A stretch of 62,488 nt of DNA, the filler included, from Basidiobolus ranarum (lineage: Eukaryota): NCBI GenBank assembly GCA_040143965.1. It is 9 parts of 9 records of this genome, joined end to end, with 100 filler letters (N's around TTAATTAATTAA, not from the genome) between each part and the next. Parts side by side here need not be neighbours in the genome. Positions count along the whole stretch, not along the records: positions 1 to 6,874 come from JASJQH010008100.1; positions 6,975 to 13,840 come from JASJQH010008101.1; 7 more parts are not named here. One strand, written 5' to 3'. Below the pieces are notes generated by a model that did not search any database, was not told the DNA's origin, and was given only the letters and a program-made list of their open reading frames with translations. Each line of letters begins with the position of its first letter. Within the stretch, counting starts at the first letter, position 1. This document shows positions 1-11,229 of the stretch, piece after piece. The translations under genes were made by a program, and so were the position numbers.

Positions 1-2
1 AA

Positions 3-731
3 GATGATGATGAGGATGATGAAGACGACAAAAAATCCAAACCCGCTATTTCCAGTGTGAAGTCTGTGCCTGCCAAACCTGTATATACTAAGCCTGTGCC
101 TGTCAAGCCTGTGTATACTAAGCCTGTGCCTGGCAAGCCTGTGGATACTAAGCCTGGGCCAGTCAAGCCTGTGTATACTAAACCTGTGTAGGCTAGGCCT
201 TTGACTGCTTAGCCCTTTGGCGGTGGATATGGTGAGTGTGCCAATGGAGACGGCTACAGCAACTATTACGATCAATACGATAGTGGCTATAATGAAGGTC
301 GGAAGTCTGGATACGGGGAAGGCTATAATAAAGGTGCTAAAAGTGGCTTCACTAAGGGCATCAAAGCCGGAAGCTCGAAAGGTGAGCGCCAAGGAGTAGT
401 CAATGGATGGAGTGACGGTGTTCAAGATGGAGTTGATAAGGGATACTGGAATGGGTACAATGGGGCTGAAAAGATCTCCGAGAAGAAGGGAGAGACTGCA
501 GGCTTCAGTCAAGGGTTTGAATTAGGTGAGAAAGCAGGATATGAACTCGGTATGAAGCAAGGTTATGGCTTAGCTATAGCTGAAGCAGGCACTGGCAAGT
601 ATGGTGATCTTATTACAGAACTCAAAAATGACTGGACCCGGCACTACAAGGGCGGTTATGCTAAAGTTGATGGAATAAAGGGATTTGGTAGCTATGATTC
701 CCGGAACTTAATCAAATCTAATTATGAATGA
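3..731 (+). pseudogene. 3' part of a low-complexity structural protein gene (acidic tract, KPVYT/KPVPV repeats, Gly/Tyr-rich GxxxG repeats) with two in-frame TAG codons
   Basis: Frame 3 reads DDDEDDEDDKKSKPA..KPVYTKPVPVKPVYTKPVPGKPVDTKPGPVKPVYTKPV*ARPLTA*PFGGGYGE..GYNEGRKSGYGEGYNKG..SNYE* (TAG at 189-191 and 210-212; TGA 729-731). The 5' end is outside the window. A short intron removing both TAGs is not excluded. Confidence 0.55.
66..200 (+). repeat. Coding tandem repeat, 15-bp unit (AAGCCTGTGNNNNNN) in a 30-bp higher-order period
   Basis: Repeated aagcctgtgtatact / aagcctgtgcctgtc units are directly visible. Confidence 0.85.
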
Positions 732-1190
732 GCTTTCATATGATGATGATGGTCTCTCTGGTTCAACAGTGAACAGATCTTAAATTACTCTCTCAATTAC
801 TATTCAAACCATTTTCGCCTCGACATCTATTCCTCCCTTCCAAATACACATCCTCCACTCCATTTTTCGCCTCTCACTTCGTCATCAAAATACTCAGTTC
901 ACAATAAAGTTCATACTTTCTGGTCAATCAATTACTCATTTCCTCAAAACTTGGTCAACAGAATAGTATCACCAGATATCATGCAGAAATTGTTATCTTG
1001 ATTAATTCTTAAATTTGCCAACCAAAGTTTATGCAACAAACTAAAAGATTGGCGAGAAATACAACCATATTACTACAATCTAGAATAAAAATTCAATTTT
1101 TTTTGCAATTCTATTACCTGCCAGGGTTGATGTGAATTTCATCCAAATCAATGAATTTGAGGTACCAGCGATAGACACAGCAGGTTCACC

Positions 1191-3220
1191 ATGGAAGAAG
1201 ACAATTCAGAAAATGGAAACCTTTCAACGACACTGGAGAATGTATCCTCATTAATAAACATAACTGAATTTAGACGAAATGCTAGTGATTTATTCCAAAC
1301 TCAAATATCCGATCCATTCACCAATGTGGTCGATAAACCTGAGTTAAAACTGGACTTGGCTAGGAAATGTAACGTTGATGAGCAACTGAAATACTCTACA
1401 CAATTATTTGCAGATCCTACTTTATTCTCACTGTTGCGTCAACACCACGAAAAACTACTTGCCAATAATTATGCGGCAAATACTCCACTTTCCACTTTAT
1501 TCGATCAAAAGAGTAAAATATCAAACAGCAATCCACCTTTATACAAAGATCAATCCGGAAGCGAACAAAGTAAATCCAGGAAGACAGTGAGTGATATCAG
1601 CTTTAAAATTGTACTTACTTTGCCACTAATTTGTCGTGTGAATAGCACAGATTTAGCTCCCCTCAGTCAAGTAGGGACTATCGAAGTGCTTCAAATGCCT
1701 CGACCATTACAAAGCACTCTGAAATGAGCGACAGTACTTTGGACTTGGAACAGGTAAGGATTAGCTATTCAGCATTCATAAAATGATTTCTTACGATATT
1801 TGTATCTAGAGCGAAAATCAAACGCAGGATTCTGCTCAAACATCAAGTGTTGGGTCATTTCTTCCAAGTGACACATCATCTGATGAAGACTCACTAAGCC
1901 AGATGAACTCAGGGCCCCCTGTTTCAAATAATTCAGGGCTTCAGTTACCAAGAAGGCTCATGTTGCCACCTGCTTCATCACAAATTTCTTCAACAACGTC
2001 TCATTCTTCCAATGGAGAAAGTGATACTGATCAACGAGATGACTCTCCGGCACCTCCTCCATCCACACCTATGGAAGTTAAGCTTAGAAGTATGGCTGTC
2101 ATGCTAGAAAAATCTACACTAGCTACACTTAAGTATGTTTGAATTTCTATTCATTTTTGTACTCTTAATACGATATTCACAAACCCCACTTCATCAGAGA
2201 AATTAACCGCGTTACTATACCGCCCAAGAAACGCTCTGAAGTGAACTTTCTTGCCGGAACTAATGTATAGTTATTTACATTCCAGTATGATTCCATTTGC
2301 ATTTATGTTAATGTTTAAATTTAATCTTTTATCTAGAAAAAAGAACATATGGCTGTTGATCTTATCACAGACACAGAGGTAGTTTTATCGGTTGCGTTCT
2401 ATCATAAAAACAAAGCAACTACAAGGATGCAAGAATTCCTCGTCTTAAGTAGCCAGCCATTGACCGTTCTGAGAGATGCATTTTACTGTTTATCCGATTT
2501 CTTGACTGTTGAGAATGATGAAGAGGTCGTGAATACACAAACAAAAAAGGTTTCATCGTCGTATTTCTTTATCGAAAATACTTTCTACAGCGATATGAGA
2601 TCACCATCTGCTGTTGATTATAGCAAGTAAGCCTGACATCCTGAAAGCCTCTATTCATGTTGTAATAAGTGCTAACAGACGACTGACCTCAGGGTAATTC
2701 TAGACTGGGTTGAAGAAAACGAACAACCTGACCAAGCTAAATACCAAAAACGAGTAATGGGGGAAGTCAAGTTTTCCGACTTATCCATTCGTATTAATCA
2801 ACCCTATCTATTCACGCACCAAGGAGATTGTCAGCATATTTTCAAGTTTAGAGATATACGGTATTTATAGTGAACAGCTCTCCCAATCTATTCTTTCTAA
2901 TCCCAGCATCTAGGCTGTTGACCAAATCGGACGACCACAATAGAAATGCGTATCCAAAGCCCATTTTCCAATGCAAGATCACCCGTCACAAATGCAGAAT
3001 GTGTTATATGTACCCAGCCGAGTAAGTAATGAATGTTATCTTTTTCATGTTTATGAGAGTTTCTAATTACTGGATTTTGTAAAGGTATGTGACTATCAAC
3101 GATTTCCACAGCGGAGAGACTCCATGCTATTTCTGTGAACACTGCTATGAGCCGTTTCATTATGACAGTCAAGGACGCCTGCTTTATGAGTACCAAGTTT
3201 TCCCATATGCTCACGACTAG
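1191..3220 (+). CDS. SNAPC3: snRNA-activating protein complex subunit 3 (SNAP50), multi-exon
   Basis: Spliced exons give QEFLVLSSQPLTVLRDAFYC, SSYFFIENTFYSDMR, DLSIRINQPYLFTHQGDCQHIFKFRDIR, HKCRMC and ETPCYFCEHCYEPFHYD (zf-SNAP50_C signature). GT-AG introns; stop TAG 3218-3220. Confidence 0.85.
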
Positions 3221-3633
3221 GCCTTATGAACTGGCACAGAAGTAAATCGTAGCAAAATGTATTATATCCTAATAGAGCGCAAATATGGAATAGAAATCTA
3301 TTGAAATCGTGACGCTTCACTAATTCAAGCCGAAATAAATGACCTTTATCAAGAACGCATAGCAGTGCTATCATTTGTATATACACAGTAGGAGTGCGTC
3401 GTTTTGGAGAGCGTTTATTTAATTAAATGATTTAGACTCATTCTTGATCATACTGCTTACAGAAAGCTGAACTCAGTCTAGTATATTGAAAGGAAAGTAG
3501 AAATACAACGTCAATTTGGCTGATCATATATACTTGAACTACCAAATACAATCGAATATTACGGGGAATTTGGCAGCCCATCAAAAGAATATACAAAAGT
3601 GGAATAGGGATGCTTCTGTTCATGGATTAACTA

Positions 3634-4371
3634 CTAGACTTTCTGGACCTCGTATTTCTCAACGATGGTGCCAAGGAGATCAGCTAAGCGGCCGGGTATA
3701 GATAATGAAGGCATATGACCAGCTTGCAATGTGAAGATATCATCGCATGGCGTTCTGGTATACATTAACTTCTGGACTATTGGTGAAATACAGCGATCCT
3801 GTAAACAAGAAATGTAGATTTTTTTCAACTTTCCAAATCTCTCTTTCGATAGCTTCGTACTGTCCATCATCACTTTAAACGCCTGTGGACGGCAATTAGT
3901 AATCCCCCACTGAATTATCTCCGCAGTACAATCGCTTAGATATATCTCTTCGATGGTTTCAGCTTTAGTACGACACATATGCTCGTCTAGAAACTCGTTC
4001 GCGTATCTGTGAGCTCCATCAGTATCCAGTTGAACTAGCTCCATTGCGCATTGACCGTTCATAGGAAGGAAGGCCGATAGATATATCAGCCCCTGAATCC
4101 GGTCGGGGATGAGTTCTCCTACTTGCGAAATCACCATACCGCCAAAGCTATGGCCAACTAGAAACACGGGCTTAGCCAAACTTTGGATCACATATACGGT
4201 GCGTGATACATAGGAAGCGAGCCTTATGTTCTCTAAGCTGCAAGTATTCTCGTACGAACCTGGCAAATCAAAAGTCACTACCTGATGCCCCAAAGATTCT
4301 AGGTATGGAATCACCTTCTCCCACATCCAACTACCCATCTCCGCTCCATGAATCAGCACAAGTATACTCAT
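3634..4371 (-). CDS. Alpha/beta hydrolase, methylesterase (MES/SABP2)-like, intronless
   Basis: 245-aa ORF with VLIHGA oxyanion region, DLPG, GHSFGG nucleophile, QDRCI acid and GHMP histidine. Confidence 0.9.
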   Translation of the reverse strand: MSILVLIHGAEMGSWMWEKVIPYLESLGHQVVTFDLPGSYENTCSLENIRLASYVSRTVYVIQSLAKPVFLVGHSFGGMVISQVGELIPDRIQGLIYLSAFLPMNGQCAMELVQLDTDGAHRYANEFLDEHMCRTKAETIEEIYLSDCTAEIIQWGITNCRPQAFKVMMDSTKLSKERFGKLKKIYISCLQDRCISPIVQKLMYTRTPCDDIFTLQAGHMPSLSIPGRLADLLGTIVEKYEVQKV

Positions 4372-5641
4372 CGATGAATTCCTGGGTTGTTTTTATAGAT
4401 TAAATATGTGCAAAAGAAGGCCAAGTGTACCTTCCGCAAACAAGCTGGTGTAATGGTCAACAATTGAAGTTCGTTTGGGTTTAAATACAGTCGGAGATGT
4501 GGCCAGTGGTACAGACATATGATATATTCTCATGTATCGTATACTATTCACATTTCCCACGGTGAGTGGGTTCACATCAAAGTCATCTGACTATATGCGT
4601 AAATTTGTGCTGACTTTTGGTTGTATGCCGTAAGCTCGTTTAGAATTCCTGGCATGGGCACTTACCTGTTGGATAGTTCCAATTGCTGGAGTTAGACACT
4701 ACGGTGGCTGACTGAGCTTTTAGTAATCTCAGATCTTGGGAGAATCAGAAACCTATAGCCTGGTACGCAATTAGACATTCGCCTGCCAGTGTGTAGCCAT
4801 CACAGGCTTGCGAATGGCGTTGCAACTAGCAATGCCAACGTATTCAAGAGAATGTGATGATTTGAGACCCAGTTATATGCGCTTGCTTCTTAAGGCTGGT
4901 GTGAAGATTTGCCATTATTGTCGTTCCCAAATGGGACTGATATTGTGCTACCACACAATGGCTATACGTCATGAGGCTGATAAGTTGTGAATTCCAAACC
5001 AAAATTGATGATGGATCTGGTCCAGATGAAAATGAACTTCTGCTCAACATTGTTCCAATGGATGACATAAACACAGTACCTAACTAGATTAGGGAATCCA
5101 AACTGGGTTGGATGAGGTATGAATTGCGCAACATCTCCTTGATTCCAATATGAACTAGCGGATGCAATTAGCCCCTTTCTCCTAAGAAGATGGCCTACCA
5201 TTATTTCTAAATCCATCGATAATAATCGTCATTCAACAAACGTCACGGATCGAAATTTCCTGGCATATTGAGTATTGCTTAGACTGGGATTCCACCCTTT
5301 AAAGCTCTTCCTGCTGCATTTTCTCTTCCTTTCTAACAGTATCCCCGCTCTTTTCTAGTAGCCAAATCTACTTATTTCCAGTCGAAGTTCATTGTTCTAG
5401 GCCTAATCTCTCTTACCGATCCTTAGATTGAAAAACAAAGTACGAATACGTTATGGATAACACCTAACGCTAATAAATCTTATTGTGCACCTGTAGAATA
5501 CTAACTATTTTAAATCCTTTCATTTTTTACAAAAGTATATTTACGTGGAACTCAAAGGATCTCAAGTTATTTAACGCGCTACTTGAAATCTTAAACCAAA
5601 ACTCAACAACCACCTTTACATACACTAAAGAAACTTAACAA

Positions 5642-6874
5642 ATGGGACAAACTTTATCTGAACCTGTTACTGGGAAAGAAACCGAAAAAGGTAAAAACTC
5701 TAGATTGATTTATGGGGCATCTAGCATGCAAGGCTGGCGCATAAGTATCCTTTTTAGTACAGTTGTGAGTTCATAGAAGTGCACACTTTACGGTTTCTGC
5801 ATTTTGAAGACATTTTTCATCCATTCTGCTATCCTTAACTTAACGACCAAGCCATGGAGGATGCTCATTCTTGTCTTCTCAGCCTTAAAGACTATCCAGA
5901 AACGAGCTTCTTTGGTGTATATGATGGACATGGCGGTTAGTCTCCAAGTTACTTAATTTTGAGTGTACAGATGCTTATTAAATTTTTAGGACAAAGCGCT
6001 GCAAAGCACTGTGGCAAAAATTTGCACTCCAAAATCGCCGAAGGCCGTTTCCAAGACGGCAACTACAAAGTAGCCATAAAGCATGGATATCTTGATACTG
6101 ATGAAGATTTGAAAAAAGGTGAATTTTCAAATTATTTGGATTGTCTGGCGTGGATATGATATAACCTTTCACCCTGGCTATCTCTAGATGGGGCGTTTCT
6201 ACACGATCCTTCGGGTTGTACAGCGGTGACTGCTACTATTACTCCTGAAAACAGAATATTCGTGGTAGGATGAAAACTTCCGCTTCTCAAAATATTGGAA
6301 CATATGTTTCTCGGTATTCGTGAATAGACGAAGGATTAATGTGTTTATCTTGGTTTTGAAAGGGAAATGCTGGCGACTCTCGTGCTGTCCTCAGTATCAA
6401 CGGAGAGGCAAAGCCATTGTCATTTGATCACAAGCCCACTAATCATGGTAAATTTTATTACATTGTTCCATGATAAAAGGACGATTCTAACATCATAATG
6501 CAGCTGAAACCGTACGAATTGCAAATGCTGGTGGGTTTGTTGAGTTTGGCCGTGTGAATGGCAATCTTGCATTATCAAGAGCTATTGGTGATTTTGAATT
6601 TAAACAAAACAGCAAATTATCCGCAGAACAACAGGCTGTCACAGGTTAGTCTTACCCAATTGTTATTATTGGTAGCCAATGTATTATTTCGTAACCGTTC
6701 TTTATATAGCCGATCCGGATGTGACTGAACATCTGATCACCAGTGAGGACGAATTCATTGTTCTTGCATGCGATGGTATTTGGGATTGCATGAGCTCACA
6801 AGAAGTAATTGATTATGTTCGTGCTGAAATTGCTTCCAAAAATCCACTTGACCAAATTTGTGAGAAACTGATGA
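5642..6874 (+). CDS. PTC2: Protein phosphatase 2C (Ptc2/Ptc3 type), 3' end lost at contig break
   Basis: [63 protein letters not shown] and ACDGIWD across GT-AG introns. Confidence 0.93.
5745..5851 (+). other. U12-type (minor spliceosome) GT-AG intron, first intron of the PP2C gene
   Basis: 5' site GTATCCTTT; branch site TCCTTAAC at 5832-5839 about 12 nt before AG; no polypyrimidine tract; removal restores WRI-T-MEDAH. Confidence 0.85.
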
Positions 6875-6974
6875 NNNNNNNNNNNNNNNNNNNNNNNNNN
6901 NNNNNNNNNNNNNNNNNNTTAATTAATTAANNNNNNNNNNNNNNNNNNNNNNNNNNNNNNNNNNNNNNNNNNNN
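6875..6974. other. Artificial contig linker (N-run + TTAATTAATTAA + N-run); identical linkers at 13841-13940, 20805-20904, 27763-27862, 34718-34817, 41668-41767, 48616-48715, 55555-55654
   Basis: Eight identical 100-nt spacers with stops in all six frames, separating contigs of monotonically decreasing length. Confidence 0.97.
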
Positions 6975-8445
6975 CCAATGACCACATGTGACCAACTACT
7001 CTGCGCAACCATCGATAAATAAACACTTCCTACTACTATACTATGCAATATGGTATCATTCCAAAGATGTTGTATATCAATCATGAGCATCAAAGATTAT
7101 TCGAGCAAATGTAGATTCCGGAAAGCTGGATTCTACATGGAGATATTTCCAAAGGGAGATAGCAAAAACAGGTGATACTATCTCATGGCACAACGTGGCT
7201 CTAGAATCAAGAATTTCAGGTACAAATATTGAATCAAATTGAATTTTACACCAACAACATCACTAACTCGCTTTCAGCCATTATCTGTCGCATGCTAGGG
7301 GCTATCTATATGTAACACTTACGAGTTTGTTGAGGTATGTGGTATTAGCCCAATAGGAAAATGTATGACCATTGCTAATTTCCTTGATAAGAAGTAAAAA
7401 GTTTATGGAGCTCCAAAACCATACCAATCAAGCAAGTTTTGTACACATCTTGGTTACCATTTCATACACGATTGTGTAATTATTTCTAATATGCCATTTT
7501 CAAGAATCGCCGCCAATTTGAATCCCACATGATGGTGGGAGTAACACGGATTTTATGAGGGGATATGTTAGCCATACTTGAGTTCTTAACAGCAAATAAT
7601 CATTGGAGCTCTTGAGCACAACATACACCGTTTCAAGTATGGTTAACACTGTGTTAAACACAGCTAGCAGACAAGCTTTCCAGGGGTTCAACGTTTCAGG
7701 GCTGCAGCACTTTGTTTTACGCGTTAGCATGAAGCGAAAGAGACCTCAGAGTCAACCCGTATATATTCCCACAAGTATACCACTACTGTAATTACTGATC
7801 AATAAAAGATTAGAGGCTGAATTTAACATCGTCAACATATTCCAATGCTTTTCTAAATAGCGTTTATCCCAACTTAAATGGTAGAAAACCGAGCTAATTC
7901 GCAAATTACTAATGGTATTCGATTACGGGTTCATCAGTCAATCTATACCATAATCACTATTGAATACTTGTTAATTTGCTACTAGAGATTGGCGACCAAA
8001 ATGTTCAGAGGTTGGGTCACAGTGAAGATCATGCCAAAGCTTAAACCAATAGTTACCAGGGGGATCACGGAGCTGGAAATCAAGAACTCAATACAGGATG
8101 AACCGTGTATAACGCGGGTTGAAACCCATTTTATTTATGCTTGATGGAAAGTTCATTTACAATTATAATGGTTTCCATTGTAATAATAACGTGACTCAAT
8201 TAATTCACAATAATGGAGAGACCTCGATTTCGTGAATGAACTATTTTTAAGATATACAAAATTCATATATACATATTAAAGGTGGATCATTAATCCGATT
8301 ACTATATGATAGGAGAGAGCGAAGGCCATGTATCGATCATATTTGAAGGTTTGAACAGAAAACACGTTGGTCAAGAGAGTGAACTTTTATCGCCGGTGCA
8401 GAAGTATTCAGATATTCACATGATCTGACATCTCACAAGTCTTCT

Positions 8446-9013
8446 TCAAAGGCGTCGATATCTACCGATATACTTGTGACAATGGGGACATTCGTGCACG
8501 ACATCTAATAAACCGGGCTTAGCATGTTTTTTTGAAGAGAAATATTGGTTGAAGTTGTTACCTTTACACATACGCGTTACGAACGGAATCCAAAAGAATA
8601 CGCCAGTAAGAATGAATCTAATCAAAATAATTGAGTCAAGGCGGTATAAACCTAGATTGTGTGACTACTTACAAGCCGAATGAGGACAACCAAACAGCCG
8701 AGCCGTTCTTGTGCCTCAGGTTAGTGGTGCAGTATTTGTGACAATTTGGACATTGAATTCTTAAAGGTAGATCCCGGAATCGAATCTTGCGCAAACTATG
8801 GAAACGACGAAGATTAGGTGGGAGATCTATCTCTAAAGAAGGGCGCGGGGGAGACAGAGTCGAAAGACGATACTTAAGTTCAGTCATCACTGAATCTGGA
8901 AGGTTATACTCCGATGATGAAGGTAGAGCCGAAGCCAGTTGTATAGGAAGACTAGCGGAGGAAGAGACTGACAGCATTGTAGGATCTCTGTAACGAGCAT
9001 AATCTACGGACAT
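8446..9013 (-). CDS. LITAF-like zinc ribbon domain protein (3 exons)
   Basis: IQCPNCHKYCTT..GSAVWLSSFGL / FILTGVFFWIPFVTRMCK / DVVHECPHCHKYIGRYRRL*: two CxxC motifs flanking a hydrophobic segment. Confidence 0.88.
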
Positions 9014-11229
9014 AGCGAAACTTTAATGATAGAGAAAGCTACCCTTGTTAAGAATATATATATATTGGCAGAAAGGATGTAGGGACTGGGAGTTAATTTA
9101 TAGACTCAAGAGAATGGCAACAGAAGAGATAGTTATACCTCGAGCCCCTGTGGAATAGTTTGGGCACGACACCCAAGCCTCAGAGATGCTATTTATATGA
9201 AACTAGAGGTACCCAACATGATGGTGACTGTGATGATCGATATCAAAACCCCAATTGTTTCATCATGAATTTCTTCTCTCTAAATTGCCACTTCTGTGCA
9301 ACACATGAATAGTCTGCCTGTGATAAATCTAGCCATGCCAGTAATGCATTTTTTGTGCATAGTTTCCTTAAAATTCTCCGATATATGGTTCTAGAAATCG
9401 CTATTAAGATCACTCGAAGCTCTTAAACACCTAATGTATCCATTTAACGTAGTCCCATTCCGCTTAGGGGTGTTTAAGTCCCAACGTAAAGTAGACGATT
9501 GACATACATTGAAACCTGTATTATATTTCTACGCTTCGAATGCACGAATCATTATGCAGCCCAGAATATAGATTAGTCTATTATGATCATTTATTACCAA
9601 TGCCGTGCAACATCACGGCATTTCCTTTGGTGGAAGAAAGTGCATTTCCATTTCCCACCATCGATATGATTCATGATGGAATTGCAAGGCATCTCTCTTC
9701 CCCTATTGTAAACAACTATCATCTCTGATCGAGCTAAACCTTATTAAACAGCTCACAAATAGCACCACTAGATCCTAATTCTAATCACTGTATTTACGCA
9801 GACTCTAACGTAAATGAGTCAAGTGTATCACCCGGTGAACGAAGTGATTGGGCATTGCGGCGATATCGATTGTAAACAGTGACTGATGTTTAAGTAAACA
9901 AGCTCCATTACTGATTGAATCTCAGCACGCATTGCCTGGGAATCAGTGCTTCATATTTTCTAATGGCTTTATATCGAACAATTGTACATGAGCTTACTTA
10001 CAGTTCGGTAATATCTGATCTCGAAATTCAGAGTTATCATTATGCAATGTATGAGACAGTACTTGTTTTCTCACAGTATTTGTGGTTCATCCAAAACAGC
10101 GTTGTAGCTGTTCATCATGATATCATGTAAATCAAATAATCACATGAAACTGATTGCTCTAGCAGATAGACCAAGGGTCTATACTGTATTCCAAAGAACC
10201 AAAGCGCTGCTGAAATACACTCTTGAATCCCCTCACCTATCGCGCTCATGCTTCAAACTGACAGGCCTATGAGAGTCTCAGTGTATTAAACGGCGTGAAA
10301 AGGCGGAAGTAAAGGATGTTGTCCAAGTGCGATTAGTAATGCCATATGGCATTAGAGACATATTTGTTTTGAAAATCACTTCGTATAGCATAGTTGATCT
10401 TAGTTACGCAACGCCTATCGATGCAGCATGAAGTAGAGATTTGTTGAAATTTTTCACCAAACATATTGCTTCATTGGTGGCATATGCTGTCTGACATTAA
10501 GCTCAAAAAACTGTTGTGTGTTACGGTAACTTCCTTGGAACATCTGTGATCTGCCTTGAACTAGGATCAACTCATTAAAGCTTGGAAGAGGTGACACTTG
10601 TCCTAAAGTGGTGCATCATGGCTTAGAAGAATATGCTAGTAATAATCAAATACATATCCCATATCAATTTCAGCCATGATTGATGTTATGAATATGGGGT
10701 GCCGTTGCAAATTCACACTTGATGAATTTTTTCTTACAACGATTTAAACAAATCTATTGGTGAGCTGATGGAGGATTTTCGAACCTTCTCAAACACAGTC
10801 ATTTAGTCATGAGCTAGTTTCTATTTATGTAAGTTCCAAATTGGTTGTTAGAATGTGTTCTCAACATTCTAGCTTTGCCGCTGGAATCGTGTATTTCTAG
10901 ACCATCTTCATGAAATTCGAGAGTCCCTACTTTTACTAAGTTTAATTTATTATCTGTTTTTTCACCTGTGGCGTATGGAAAACAGAACGATCGCTAATGC
11001 CTTCAATTCTTCTCTAAAGGTGAATATTCAAGGTGAACTATATATACAGTCTTTTATGAAAAATGTGAAAAAATTGCTGGTACTGACCCCAAAGAGGCAT
11101 GATGTTATGTTAAGTTATGAGGTTCAAGTATATAGCTGAAGTTTGTATGTATAGGGAAAGAGAAAGATATGACTACAGATAGAAGGACCTTGATACATAG
11201 CAACGAGTCAAGTTGATCCAGCTATAGAT

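Noticed and set aside
66-200. CRISPR-like array
   Set aside because: These are contiguous 15-bp coding repeats with no unique spacers, in a eukaryotic context.
4400-5250. Possible decayed coding sequence upstream of the hydrolase
   Set aside because: Coding-like composition, but all frames are interrupted and no family could be recognised with confidence.
6919-6930. Recurrent TTAATTAATTAA palindrome as a biological motif
   Set aside because: It is always centred in 100-nt N spacers; it is a synthetic six-frame stop linker.
7050-7800. Possible MIR-domain-like gene remnant with intron signals
   Set aside because: Only a weak resemblance, with stops in candidate exons; not supportable without a search.
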